Source: Pseudomonas phage sp. 30-2. Taken from it: a DNA stretch of 64,000 bases. Within the stretch, counting starts at the first letter, position 1, and each line of letters starts with the position of its first letter. Where the stretch lies: sequence record LC727697.1; one strand, written 5' to 3'. Both the position numbers and the translations under genes were made by a program. The notes below the pieces were generated by a model that made no database searches, had not been told where the DNA came from, and saw nothing but the letters and a program-made list of their open reading frames with translations. Positions 9,072-18,261 of the stretch are shown here, in pieces.

Positions 9072-9300
9072 TATGACTAGGTTTAGTGTACAACGATCTG
9101 CTAACGGGTTAGGAGAAGTATTTAAGCTTTACTTAGGTGTATGGCTAGACTCTAATTGTGATGGAAAGTATACTATTTTAGAAGAAATACAACCTACAAA
9201 AAATGAAATTTTTTATAACATTGATTTCGAAAAACAGGAAGATCAAGTGTTTGTAACATTAAAAGGTTTTCCGGAAGAATTAAAGAAATACATGAAATAA
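9058..9300 (+). CDS. hypothetical protein
   Basis: 80-aa ORF overlapping the previous gene's end. Confidence 0.45.
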   Translation: MDFVNMTRFSVQRSANGLGEVFKLYLGVWLDSNCDGKYTILEEIQPTKNEIFYNIDFEKQEDQVFVTLKGFPEELKKYMK

Positions 9301-9327
9301 AAAGATAAATAACTGTGTAGTTTATAA

Positions 9328-9930
9328 ATGGATACTTTGATACTTAACAAAGACGGTAATCCGTTATGCATGTTACCATTATCTGTTGTAGACTGGCAAA
9401 CTAGTATTAAATTAGTATCGCTTGGCAAGGTCGAAATTTTAAAAAATTACGACAATTGGGAAGTTAATTCTCCCAGTATTACTATGAAGGTTCCGTCTAT
9501 TGTAATGTCAACTGAATACATTAAATGGAATCATAAAACAAAGTTTTCCAGAAACAACGTATATTTAAGGGATAACTATCAGTGTCAGTTTTGTTTTAGA
9601 ACGTTTCCTGTTAAACAGCTAACACTAGATCATGTTTTACCTAAGAGATACGGTGGTAAGACAAATTGGACTAATATATGTACTGCATGCAAAGTTTGCA
9701 ATAACAAAAAAGGCGATAACAAGAATATTATTCCCATTAAAATGCCACATAGACCTACTTATTATGAACTTGTTTCTCGTAGGCAACAATTACCTATTTT
9801 AATAAGAGATAGTGATTGGAAATTTTATTTGCCGTGGGATTCAAACTTAATAATTATTACTGATAAAAAATGTATATCAGAAATTGAATCGAGCCCGACA
9901 CACAATTACGGAGAAATGTTAAATGGCTAA
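9328..9930 (+). CDS. HNH endonuclease
   Basis: Canonical HNH core: CQFC...LTLDHVLPKRYGG...NWTNICTACKVCNNKKGD (C-x2-C...DH...N...C-x2-C-N). Confidence 0.8.
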   Translation: MDTLILNKDGNPLCMLPLSVVDWQTSIKLVSLGKVEILKNYDNWEVNSPSITMKVPSIVMSTEYIKWNHKTKFSRNNVYLRDNYQCQFCFRTFPVKQLTLDHVLPKRYGGKTNWTNICTACKVCNNKKGDNKNIIPIKMPHRPTYYELVSRRQQLPILIRDSDWKFYLPWDSNLIIITDKKCISEIESSPTHNYGEMLNG

Positions 9931-10195
9931 GAAAGCTAAAGCTGTAGAAAAAGAAGTTGTAGAAAAAGAAGTTGTAGATCAAGAGAATATGACTGAACAA
10001 GCAAGCGAAGAACCTCGTCTAGGTGTACAAGACATTAAAGATTTACTAACCATAGTTGATGTTGCATGCCAACGCGGAGCATTCCGCGCAGAAGAAATGG
10101 CTAGCGTCGGTGGAGTGTTTAGTAAAGTTAAATCTTTTGTATCAGCAATTGAACCTAAACAAGAAGAGCAAGAAGCTGAAACTGAAGCCAAATAA
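9923..10195 (+). CDS. acidic hypothetical protein
   Basis: 90 aa, start overlaps the HNH stop; GC-richer than the phage background. Confidence 0.55.
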   Translation: MAKKAKAVEKEVVEKEVVDQENMTEQASEEPRLGVQDIKDLLTIVDVACQRGAFRAEEMASVGGVFSKVKSFVSAIEPKQEEQEAETEAK

Positions 10196-10212
10196 TACAC
10201 GGAGATTTCCTA

Positions 10213-10953
10213 ATGAGTCTTAAGCGCCACATAGGGAAAATCGCTAATACCGGAACACGTGTGTATGTCGTGTTCCGGGAATTACCCGATGATCCTACTC
10301 ATTGTTTAGTAGTTGAAATAGATAGACTACCAGACATGTACCAAGATAACCTAAAAACTATAGTTGAAAGTAGAGAAGGACAAAATTCTGTCGATTTGTA
10401 TACTGTCCTAAATAATAAACTTTTAGGTGACGGATTGCCTGCACTTCGTACAATGCATGATCGGTCTTTTTTACGCAAAGTGGAAGTTAGACAGGTTTTT
10501 ATGCAACCGTACCCAGGTACTAATGTTGCTTTAGAACTTATTAATTCTCAGATACGCGAAGCTGCATTAGCAGGTGCCGACCCTGTACATACAGAAACTG
10601 CATCAGTACCTGTAGTTGAAGAATCTATTACTGATAAACAACGAGCAGAAGGTCTTATAGTTCAAGCACGGTTGCTTAAAGAAGAGGCTGATGCAAAGTT
10701 AGAGCTTGCATATTCTTTATGTCCTGAACTAAAACCAGCGCCTGGTCGTCAGCGTGAACTTACAGAAGAAGAACTAGAAGAACGTTACAAAGAGCGCCTA
10801 GAAAAACGTAAGGAAAAGCGCAGGGAAGCTAGGCAGAAACGAGAAGAAGAAAAGGCTAGAGCTTTACTAGAAGAAAGCAAAGCTAAGGCCGTTGAGGAAT
10901 TAGAACTTAAGGTTTCTCAAAAACTTGAGCGCGATTCTACTCGCGCGGAGTAA
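10213..10953 (+). CDS. hypothetical protein with charged coiled-coil C-terminus
   Basis: 246 aa with a Lys/Glu/Arg-rich C-terminal third; GC-richer segment. Confidence 0.6.
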   Translation: MSLKRHIGKIANTGTRVYVVFRELPDDPTHCLVVEIDRLPDMYQDNLKTIVESREGQNSVDLYTVLNNKLLGDGLPALRTMHDRSFLRKVEVRQVFMQPYPGTNVALELINSQIREAALAGADPVHTETASVPVVEESITDKQRAEGLIVQARLLKEEADAKLELAYSLCPELKPAPGRQRELTEEELEERYKERLEKRKEKRREARQKREEEKARALLEESKAKAVEELELKVSQKLERDSTRAE

Positions 10954-11194
10954 AATGCAAGAAATAAAAGAAGCTTTAGAAGTAAAGGGCATTAATATTA
11001 TATCCATTGAAGAAACTATGGATAACATTACACTAAAATGTAGATGTAAAGATACTAGTGAAATGATAGAAAAAGTTATTGAAGATGTTGTAATATCTGC
11101 ATTAGATATATATGGCAAGTTTTGTCATGTTAGTGCGACACAACACTTTAATATAGGAGAAGATGCGCTAACACTTGTTTTAGAAAAGCTTTAA
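10925..11194 (+). CDS. hypothetical protein
   Basis: 89-aa ORF followed by a terminator. Confidence 0.5.
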   Translation: MSAILLARSKMQEIKEALEVKGINIISIEETMDNITLKCRCKDTSEMIEKVIEDVVISALDIYGKFCHVSATQHFNIGEDALTLVLEKL

Positions 11195-11199
11195 CTAAC

Positions 11200-11228
11200 A
11201 AAACAGCCCTAGCTAGGGCTGTTTTTTT
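11200..11228. terminator. palindromic rho-independent terminator
   Basis: AAAACAGCCCTAGCTAGGGCTGTTTTTTT. Confidence 0.65.
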
Positions 11229-11360
11229 GGGCAAAAAATGCACAATTTTGCTTGGTAATAAAACTAACTAATACGCTGCATCGTGTTTGTGTGTGCTATT
11301 AAAACTATGCATTTTTGTATAATTGCTAAATATCTATATGCATAGAACGGAGTAGCATAT

Positions 11361-11681
11361 ATGGCCAAAATCTATCTTAAAAAACTCCCCGAACAGGAGG
11401 GGATTTCGTTTGATATAGAAGAATTTCTGCCTAGCATAAGCTTAGACGATTTACATCTTTCTTATGTAGATTATGTAGAAGTTATTTGTGAAAACGGTTC
11501 TGTTAATAAATTTGACAGACAGTTTATAGGAAATCTAATTAAGAGCAAAAAAGATGAACGGTTGTCTAAGTTAGGCAAAATAGAGGCTATTTTTATCTAC
11601 TTAGATATGATTAAACTAGAATCTGAATACCAGGAAGCATATCACAATATGCTATGTACTATTCATGCAAAAATAGAATAA
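11361..11681 (+). CDS. hypothetical protein
   Basis: 106-aa ORF preceded by a promoter-like region (TATAAT) and followed by a terminator. Confidence 0.55.
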   Translation: MAKIYLKKLPEQEGISFDIEEFLPSISLDDLHLSYVDYVEVICENGSVNKFDRQFIGNLIKSKKDERLSKLGKIEAIFIYLDMIKLESEYQEAYHNMLCTIHAKIE

Positions 11682-11692
11682 TTGATTAAAAT

Positions 11693-11718
11693 AAAAGGGC
11701 GTTAAGCCCTTTTATTTT
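11693..11718. terminator. palindromic rho-independent terminator
   Basis: AAAAGGGCGTTAAGCCCTTTTATTTT. Confidence 0.6.
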
Positions 11719-12110
11719 GTAAATTAGTTCTATAATAAATTTATCATAATCTTAATAAAATCTTTATAATATTTCAAATTCTCTTTATATATTTTTTGCC
11801 TATTACATATATGCAAGCACAACTGAGTACAATAACGTTTAAGTAAGAAAACCACCACATTTTTATAAATTTATGAAACCGGGTTTGCTTGTGGTTTTGT
11901 TTGTGTAACATACTATATGGAAATAGTGTGCTGTATGATACTACATTGTATAAAAACAATGATAATATGTTTCCTATAACATAAACGAATAGTATAACTG
12001 GAAGATAATGTAACATAACATTTTATTGTCTTATTTGACACAAACAAGCATACAATACTGCCCCTGTGCATTAAATACAATGCAAAATAAAAAGCATAGT
12101 AGATGTGCTT

Positions 12111-12207
12111 AAAACACGCAAATTTGCGCTATAGCGCGTTTTGCATGCGTAGTATTAGCTATGTATTGTAAAGCATAAAAACACGCAAATTTGCGCTAAT
12201 TTAGCGC
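12111..12207. promoter_or_regulatory. two identical 21-mers with palindromic GCGC cores (operator-like)
   Basis: AAAACACGCAAATTTGCGCTA at 12111-12131 and 12177-12197. Each contains the palindrome CGCAAATTTGCG, and the adjacent palindromes GCGCTATAGCGC and GCGCTAATTTAGCGC lie in otherwise AT-rich DNA. Confidence 0.4.
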
Positions 12208-12254
12208 TTATATACAGCTATGCTACAGCGCTTTAAGTAGCTAAAACTAGTCAA

Positions 12255-12285
12255 CAAAAAAGGGGCTTATAAGCCCCTTTTTTGT
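12255..12285. terminator. palindromic rho-independent terminator
   Basis: AAAAAAGGGGCTTATAAGCCCCTTTTTTG, immediately 3' of the VWA gene. Confidence 0.65.
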
Positions 12286-12297
12286 TTTAACCTACGA

Positions 12298-13482
12298 TTA
12301 TTCGTCGTAGTCGATGGTGATGCCAAACGGTGCAGTTACACCCTTGCGACCGTGGTTTATAAACACGGTATCGCAATAGTTAGGATCGCCGTAGTCATAC
12401 ACTTCCATGTCAGTGAAGAATACCAGCTGATGTGGCGGTTCGGTGAGCGTATCTTTAAGGAAGTTAAACACAGCCACAAAATCGGTACCGCCGCCGCCTT
12501 TGAGGGGATACTCATAGATTTCGTCTGCATTGTCGGGAGTATATTTTCGGAATTCATACACTCTAGTATCAAACGTTAGCACTTGTATGGAAAAGTCACT
12601 AAACTGTTCCATAATTCCTAACACTTCTCCTAAGAAATCCCTTAGCTGAGAAGAGCTAATCGAACCAGAGGCGTCTAGTGCCAAGATAACATCAATTTTG
12701 TCATCGACAATCTGACCCGGCAGAGTCGCACCAGTTCCCCAGCTCTTCCGCGACGGACGAGTCCACATATAGTCGGATTTAATGTGCGACGGAATAGTCT
12801 GGTTTAGCAATTCGCGCCAATCTAGTTTAGGTTCAGTGATGTCACTGATCATCTGACGCACACCTGCCGGAGTGTTGCCGACACCAGCAGCTTTAGCAGC
12901 CTGAAGAACAGCTTCAGTGATCTCGTCCCGAAGAGCAGCTTGCTCATCTGCAGACATAGGGATAGGACCGGATTTGCCAGTGCCGTCGCCGTCTTCATTC
13001 CCGGCACCACCCGGTTCGAGGTGAACGTCGAAGCTATCTTTATCTTTTAGTGACGGATCTTTCTTAATTAGTTCGTAGATCTGGTCAGCGGACATTCCGC
13101 GGTACTTTTCATCAAAGCACGGCTCGCACGTACCCGGACGGTGGATAAGCTTGCCGATCTTCATATCGTGCAATTCGAGGTTGATAACAAAGTCGGCAGC
13201 ACAGTTCCACAGTTTAGGCTCTCTGCTGCCGCGCCGCCCCATGTGGTCGTAGACGACGTGCATTACCTCATGACCGATGAGGAAGATAAGTTCCTTATCG
13301 TCCAAGTCTTCGAGGAACTTGGTATTATAATAAAGATGGCGTCCATCAGTACCGGCAGTAGGGCACCAGTCGTTCGCCTCGACTAGTTTAAGGCGCAGCG
13401 CCAAGGTCCCGAAAAACGGATGGTTCAACAGCAACTGAACACGGGCGCGGATGATGCGTTCTTCTAGGGTTTTAGTGGACAT
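12298..13482 (-). CDS. VWA-domain protein with N-terminal HExxH metallopeptidase-like domain (DUF2201-type MoxR partner; 'CobT-like')
   Basis: HEVMHVVYDH zinc motif and a VWA MIDAS motif DASGS (ILALDASGSISS), which is the family normally paired with MoxR ATPases. Conspicuously GC-rich. Confidence 0.8.
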   Translation of the reverse strand: MSTKTLEERIIRARVQLLLNHPFFGTLALRLKLVEANDWCPTAGTDGRHLYYNTKFLEDLDDKELIFLIGHEVMHVVYDHMGRRGSREPKLWNCAADFVINLELHDMKIGKLIHRPGTCEPCFDEKYRGMSADQIYELIKKDPSLKDKDSFDVHLEPGGAGNEDGDGTGKSGPIPMSADEQAALRDEITEAVLQAAKAAGVGNTPAGVRQMISDITEPKLDWRELLNQTIPSHIKSDYMWTRPSRKSWGTGATLPGQIVDDKIDVILALDASGSISSSQLRDFLGEVLGIMEQFSDFSIQVLTFDTRVYEFRKYTPDNADEIYEYPLKGGGGTDFVAVFNFLKDTLTEPPHQLVFFTDMEVYDYGDPNYCDTVFINHGRKGVTAPFGITIDYDE

Positions 13483-13537
13483 ATAATGCTCCGTTAAAAT
13501 GATATGTTTTGTGTTACGTTACAAGTATAACATTATG

Positions 13538-15046
13538 CTAGCGTACCTGCAATGTATATTTGTAATTGCCGCAATCGTAATATTTTAAATAACCTAAACT
13601 ATCCATTATTTCTGATTCGCTTAGATGTAAATTATTTTTATTAGAAATCTTAGATTTTATGAAATTAGATCTATGATATTTTATGTTGTCTTTTATATAC
13701 CAATAACCTGTATTTCTGTCATTCTTGGTTACATTTGTAAACCCGAGCTGTTTATATAAATTTCCATCTGACCAACACCTGTCTGCATATGTAATAATAG
13801 ATTTAGGGGAATATGTTTTTATGAAATATTTAAGAAGTTTGCTGGCTCCTCCTACAACAGTATTTTTGCTAGCATATCTAAGTAATTCATATTCCTCTTT
13901 TGTATATCTAGATTTCCCAAATGTCATTACGGCTACTAACAAATTCTCATTGTCGTATAGACCTAGTCTTACAGATGATTGACAAGAACCTTGGATGTGA
14001 GTTTCTTCTAAAAAAGTTAAAGATTCGTTAAATGTTATTTCTTTTATGGTTGTATTCCTTGCATATATTCTATCACTACAACCTAAAATAGATTTTAACC
14101 TTGATTTTATTATGTCTTGTTTTGATATCCAATCTACATCTAAAATTTGTATTAACTTTATTCCTTTATCTCTGCATTCTATAAATTTATCTACATGATA
14201 TGATTTTTTTCTGTGTTTTGTAGAATGCCAATAACAACCATTATATTCTATTGCTATGTTTGTACCTTTAATTACTATATCTAATTCTTTGTTAGATAAT
14301 ATAGATCGGTCATTGTTAATCACATCAAAACCTAGCGATACTATATAGTTAGATATTTCATTTTCGCCGGCAGACTTTGTTAAAGGATTACAAACATTGC
14401 ACCTCGGAGTAGACCCATAATCTACGTGTCCGATTACTATATTTCCGCATGCATTGCATACCCAGTCATACACATTTTTTCTAAAGCACCCTTCGTACTC
14501 GTCTATACTAAACGTAGGGGTGAGTATGTTAGAAAGTCGTTCTACTACTTTTTTATATCCCAATTCCTTTATAGTTCTATGATCTGGCTTTATATGTTTT
14601 TTACTTAATTGCTGTTTTGCAATAATATCTTTTGACTTAGATGGATTATCGACACCGTATTTTTCTATCCAAGTTTTTATCCTTTTTGTTTTCATACTTT
14701 CTTTTCCGGATTGTGTCATGCCTGGATGATTTTTTAAAGACCATTCCATATGGCATTTACATTTACTTTTATTTCCGCAAAATCCGTATTGGGTTTGTTT
14801 TGTATCTTTATTTCGCTTTAGTGTCCGTTTGTTATCATACTTACAGTAAACATTATCAGCCGGATTTAAGTATATATGAATCCTTTCTGTCACAGAAACG
14901 TCGTCACGAAGAAAGGAATTAGTTCGACGAACTAATTCCTCATATATTTCTTTTTTACTTTTTACTACATTTCCTAATGCGTTAGGATTTGTATTTTTTA
15001 TGAGTTCTTTTAATTCTATATCAAAGTTATCCATTATTCGTGCCAA
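13538..15046 (-). CDS. free-standing homing-endonuclease-like protein (Vsr/PD-(D/E)xK-like nuclease with Cys/His zinc-ribbon modules)
   Basis: IEYNGCYWHSTKH nuclease motif plus Cys-rich modules (CNACGN...H..C..C). Paralogous to ORF 30881..32569, which carries AIEYNGLYWHSSKH. Confidence 0.7.
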   Translation of the reverse strand: MARIMDNFDIELKELIKNTNPNALGNVVKSKKEIYEELVRRTNSFLRDDVSVTERIHIYLNPADNVYCKYDNKRTLKRNKDTKQTQYGFCGNKSKCKCHMEWSLKNHPGMTQSGKESMKTKRIKTWIEKYGVDNPSKSKDIIAKQQLSKKHIKPDHRTIKELGYKKVVERLSNILTPTFSIDEYEGCFRKNVYDWVCNACGNIVIGHVDYGSTPRCNVCNPLTKSAGENEISNYIVSLGFDVINNDRSILSNKELDIVIKGTNIAIEYNGCYWHSTKHRKKSYHVDKFIECRDKGIKLIQILDVDWISKQDIIKSRLKSILGCSDRIYARNTTIKEITFNESLTFLEETHIQGSCQSSVRLGLYDNENLLVAVMTFGKSRYTKEEYELLRYASKNTVVGGASKLLKYFIKTYSPKSIITYADRCWSDGNLYKQLGFTNVTKNDRNTGYWYIKDNIKYHRSNFIKSKISNKNNLHLSESEIMDSLGYLKYYDCGNYKYTLQVR

Positions 15047-15387
15047 GTATAAAATGTGGGTACCTTTTTATATACTATTTTTATAATATCGGCGTCTACA
15101 TACATATTTAATGCATTTATGGCATCGTTTAGTGTTCTAAATCCAAACTCTTTGTCAAACATAACTAAACCAGAATGTGTTATTTTAAAAGAAAGAAATT
15201 TATATTTTATTTCAGGAATATATACATATTCTATATTAGAGGTACCATATATAATTACATTAGCTGAAATCTTTAGTGACTTATTTAATATCTTACATGT
15301 TATTATTCTGAGACTTATATATAGTATAGTCATAACTGTTATTAATGCAGCTATGAAAATAGAATATATAATCTCGCTGACGATCAT
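15034..15387 (-). CDS. small membrane protein
   Basis: 117 aa with an N-terminal TM helix (IIYSIFIAALITVMTILYISL). Confidence 0.45.
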   Translation of the reverse strand: MIVSEIIYSIFIAALITVMTILYISLRIITCKILNKSLKISANVIIYGTSNIEYVYIPEIKYKFLSFKITHSGLVMFDKEFGFRTLNDAINALNMYVDADIIKIVYKKVPTFYTWHE

Positions 15388-15842
15388 ATTAATTTTTTCC
15401 TTTTTTTAAACACAACTTTATTATATTCTGTCTCTGTGTATTGTTTATATATATGTTCTACTTCTTTTAGTGCTTTTTCTAATGAATCATACGAACTATG
15501 TATATGTCTTCTTATAGAAAATCTATTTTGTTTTATATTAAAATAAAATATTTCGGACAGCCATATCTTTTTTATAAAATATAATGTAGGTTTACCTTTT
15601 CTTTTTATAGCTTCTATTTCGAATGAAGTAAAATATTTATTTTCAGATATTTCGCAGAGAATCATCAAATAAAACAATATCGCAATCCCGCATATACTGA
15701 CAGACAGTACACATACTATTAAAGGTATTATTACTAGTGCCAGTACGACATGTTCTTGGTATTCTAGAATAATGCATATAGTAATCAATACAGCAAATAA
15801 AGGTACTAATATTAAACATATGTTACTGAACGGAAGTCTCAT
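15384..15842 (-). CDS. small membrane protein
   Basis: 152 aa with 2-3 N-terminal TM helices. Confidence 0.45.
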   Translation of the reverse strand: MRLPFSNICLILVPLFAVLITICIILEYQEHVVLALVIIPLIVCVLSVSICGIAILFYLMILCEISENKYFTSFEIEAIKRKGKPTLYFIKKIWLSEIFYFNIKQNRFSIRRHIHSSYDSLEKALKEVEHIYKQYTETEYNKVVFKKRKKLI

Positions 15843-15843
15843 A

Positions 15844-16299
15844 CTACTTAGTACCTTTACTAGATTTTATTACAGTAGTAATGGCGCTGCTCTTTTTATA
15901 TAGCTCAGCTTGGTCTTCATACCTTTGGAATGTGTTAAGTGCCAATGATTCTGAATTAGTATAGAAATTCGCATAAATAGGAAGACAGCAAAAAGAATTG
16001 TCATGAAAATCGTAATAATATGTTTCACCTAATACATTTAATTTTAAAATATATTTTGTTGAGCTCCCTCTTTGCTTGTCTAAAACGACTTCTAGTTTAT
16101 AAAAACTAAATCTCTTTATATAAAAAAATTCTGCTATGATTTTTCTGTATACACAAGAAATTAATGATATAACACACTGATTAGGAACTGCAACAAGCAT
16201 ATAAATTAATGGCACGTTAGTAACATACATATATATTACAGAAAGAATATTTACTAATGTCATTATAATGACAAACAAAGATGAAGTTAGTGTTCTCAT
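15844..16299 (-). CDS. small membrane protein
   Basis: 151 aa with two N-terminal TM helices and a soluble C-terminus. Confidence 0.45.
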   Translation of the reverse strand: MRTLTSSLFVIIMTLVNILSVIYMYVTNVPLIYMLVAVPNQCVISLISCVYRKIIAEFFYIKRFSFYKLEVVLDKQRGSSTKYILKLNVLGETYYYDFHDNSFCCLPIYANFYTNSESLALNTFQRYEDQAELYKKSSAITTVIKSSKGTK

Positions 16300-16332
16300 T
16301 CTATAATTCTGTATCCTATTAATATATAAAAT

Positions 16333-16360
16333 AAAAGGGGCTTTAAGCCCCTTTTATTTT
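16333..16360. terminator. palindromic rho-independent terminator
   Basis: AAAAGGGGCTTTAAGCCCCTTTTATTTT. Confidence 0.65.
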
Positions 16361-16368
16361 GCCCTTAC

Positions 16369-17484
16369 TTAGTTCGAGTCGACAATAAACTTGCCGTACT
16401 CTTGGAAGAACTTAGTGAAGCAAGGGATCAACTTTCTGTTGATCGGCAGTTGGTATTCGCGCAACGCAGTACGCGCGCCGAGGATGACCATTTCTTGGGC
16501 AAAGTTGTTCATCATGTACTCGAAGAACAAGTTTACCGACTTGTGCCAATCCTCGGTAGTGTACTTTTTGTCGGCGTCAGCTACGTCAGCCAGCCACTCT
16601 TTTAGAGTGTAGCACATACTGACCACGAGCGAGTAACGAGCACTGATCTCTTCGACTTTGAGATCGGTTACCCGGCCGGTTAGCACATCTTCCGGCTTCG
16701 GAAGCTGCGAAGCATACTTCATGTGCTGCATGAAGGAGTAGCTGTGACTTTCGCCGACGGTTCCTGCGATAGTCGCACGTAGCAGGTGGTCCTTGTTGAT
16801 TCCTGCGAGCTGGAGGATGTCGGACACGAACTTCCAGGCTCGCGGAGTAGCAAACGCCTTGCTACGATCTTGGGGATCGAAGCAGAACAGGTTCTGCTTG
16901 TGCTGAGTGAGGTAGCCGACTACATCCGGGTGTACCGTGTTGTTAAGCGCCCACTGCTGCCAGTCCTCGAAGTTGGTTTCGATCTGCAAGTGAACGAAAC
17001 GGTTGGCCAACGGACTAGGCATACGATAAGTAACGCCCTTGTCGGTATCGCGGTTACCAGCAGCGACAATGTCGACGCCATCGGGCAGCTTATACGAACC
17101 GATGGCACGGTTCAGGATGAGCTGATATGCAGCGCCCTGCACGCTCGCCGGCGCCGAGTTCATTTCGTCCAGGAACAGGATGGCGTTGTCCAGGGTAGTT
17201 TCGCCGGGTTGCGGAAGATCGGACGGAATAGCCCAGCGCATGGTATTGGTTTTCGGATCGTAGTACGGAATGCCCTTAATATCAGTGGGATCCATGAGGA
17301 TCAGACGCATGTCGATGACCGGACGGTCAGCCTCGAAACCCAACTGGGCGATGATATCCGACTTGCCTACCCCCGGCGGACCCCAGAGGAACACAGGACG
17401 CTTCGCCTTGAACATGCCGCGGATAATTGCAGCACACTCCGTCGGACGAAGATACGTTTCTACGATGTTTTCTTTTTTAGCCAT
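16369..17484 (-). CDS. cobS: CobS/MoxR-family AAA+ ATPase
   Basis: Walker A GPPGVGKSD, Walker B ILFLDEMN and overall CobS-like architecture; GC-rich, which is why several spurious antisense ORFs are listed there. Confidence 0.85.
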   Translation of the reverse strand: MAKKENIVETYLRPTECAAIIRGMFKAKRPVFLWGPPGVGKSDIIAQLGFEADRPVIDMRLILMDPTDIKGIPYYDPKTNTMRWAIPSDLPQPGETTLDNAILFLDEMNSAPASVQGAAYQLILNRAIGSYKLPDGVDIVAAGNRDTDKGVTYRMPSPLANRFVHLQIETNFEDWQQWALNNTVHPDVVGYLTQHKQNLFCFDPQDRSKAFATPRAWKFVSDILQLAGINKDHLLRATIAGTVGESHSYSFMQHMKYASQLPKPEDVLTGRVTDLKVEEISARYSLVVSMCYTLKEWLADVADADKKYTTEDWHKSVNLFFEYMMNNFAQEMVILGARTALREYQLPINRKLIPCFTKFFQEYGKFIVDSN

Positions 17485-17674
17485 CTATAATGCCTCTGTG
17501 GTTGAATATGTTTTGCTGTTTAACACCTACATTTTACAGCTTGTAGCTTTTAAAACAACACATAATTAACAATTTTTATGAATGCTATTATTTGTTGTTT
17601 TGCAAAGCAGGATGTTATTAAAGCAAATAACTATATAGTTAGTCAACATAGTAAAACGTAATTTTTTAATCATT

Positions 17675-17706
17675 AAAAAAGGGCAATTATAGCCCTTTTT
17701 TCTTTT
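17675..17706. terminator. palindromic rho-independent terminator
   Basis: AAAAAAGGGCAATTATAGCCCTTTTTTC. Confidence 0.6.
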
Positions 17707-18238
17707 TTCTCTTAAAATATTTAGGAAGTCTAAATGTAGGATACCAGCAGGAGCCACGCGGACCGGAATGCCTAGGATAAGCATATCGTTTTCTTTTATC
17801 TTTGCTGTCTTTATATAGTTTAACACCTGTATTATAAAATGATGATCTTTTACTGCTAATTGTTTCTTCCCCGATACAGCGATCATTTCTTTTTTTACAT
17901 GTATTATTTTTATGTTGTTTTGGTTTTCTTTTGTTAAACGAAGAATGAAATATTTCATAATCGGGTGTTTTATTTATAAACCGATAAGATATAGAAACTA
18001 ACTCAGCAACAAACATATAAAATACTTCATTAAGCACAGGGATAGTATCTAAATATTCTGGTTTATTTTGCAATAATTGCATTATTTTGAGAATAATTAA
18101 GAAACTCGCTATAATAGGATTAAAAACTACATTTCCTACTAGTAATATATAAAATGATAGATTCTTAAAATCATACATTTTATTTCTGTGTGTCATCAAA
18201 AACCATTTAATGTAATATTTCATTTTTATACTATTCAT
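17687..18238 (-). CDS. membrane protein with basic C-terminus
   Basis: 183 aa with TM segments and a Lys/Arg-rich tail. The overlapping ORF 17566..17958 reads through the terminator and is rejected. Confidence 0.45.
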   Translation of the reverse strand: MNSIKMKYYIKWFLMTHRNKMYDFKNLSFYILLVGNVVFNPIIASFLIILKIMQLLQNKPEYLDTIPVLNEVFYMFVAELVSISYRFINKTPDYEIFHSSFNKRKPKQHKNNTCKKRNDRCIGEETISSKRSSFYNTGVKLYKDSKDKRKRYAYPRHSGPRGSCWYPTFRLPKYFKRKKKKGL

Positions 18239-18261
18239 GTTCCTTTTTAGATATTTTTCTA

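Noticed and set aside
11774-12016. 80-aa minus-strand hydrophobic ORF
   Set aside because: It lies in an intergenic region full of repeats and has a low-complexity composition. It cannot be excluded, but support is insufficient to call it a gene.
16391-17569. Several plus-strand ORFs (73 to 234 aa) inside cobS, and similar ones inside clpA (56299..57782) and the fibre genes
   Set aside because: They are antisense to genes with strong domain evidence. They arise because these segments are GC-rich and/or repeat-rich, their translations are Arg/Ala/Ser-rich low-complexity sequence, and none has a start context.
17566-17958. 130-aa ORF overlapping 17687..18238
   Set aside because: It is in a different frame, overlaps a better ORF, and reads straight through the palindromic terminator at 17675-17706.
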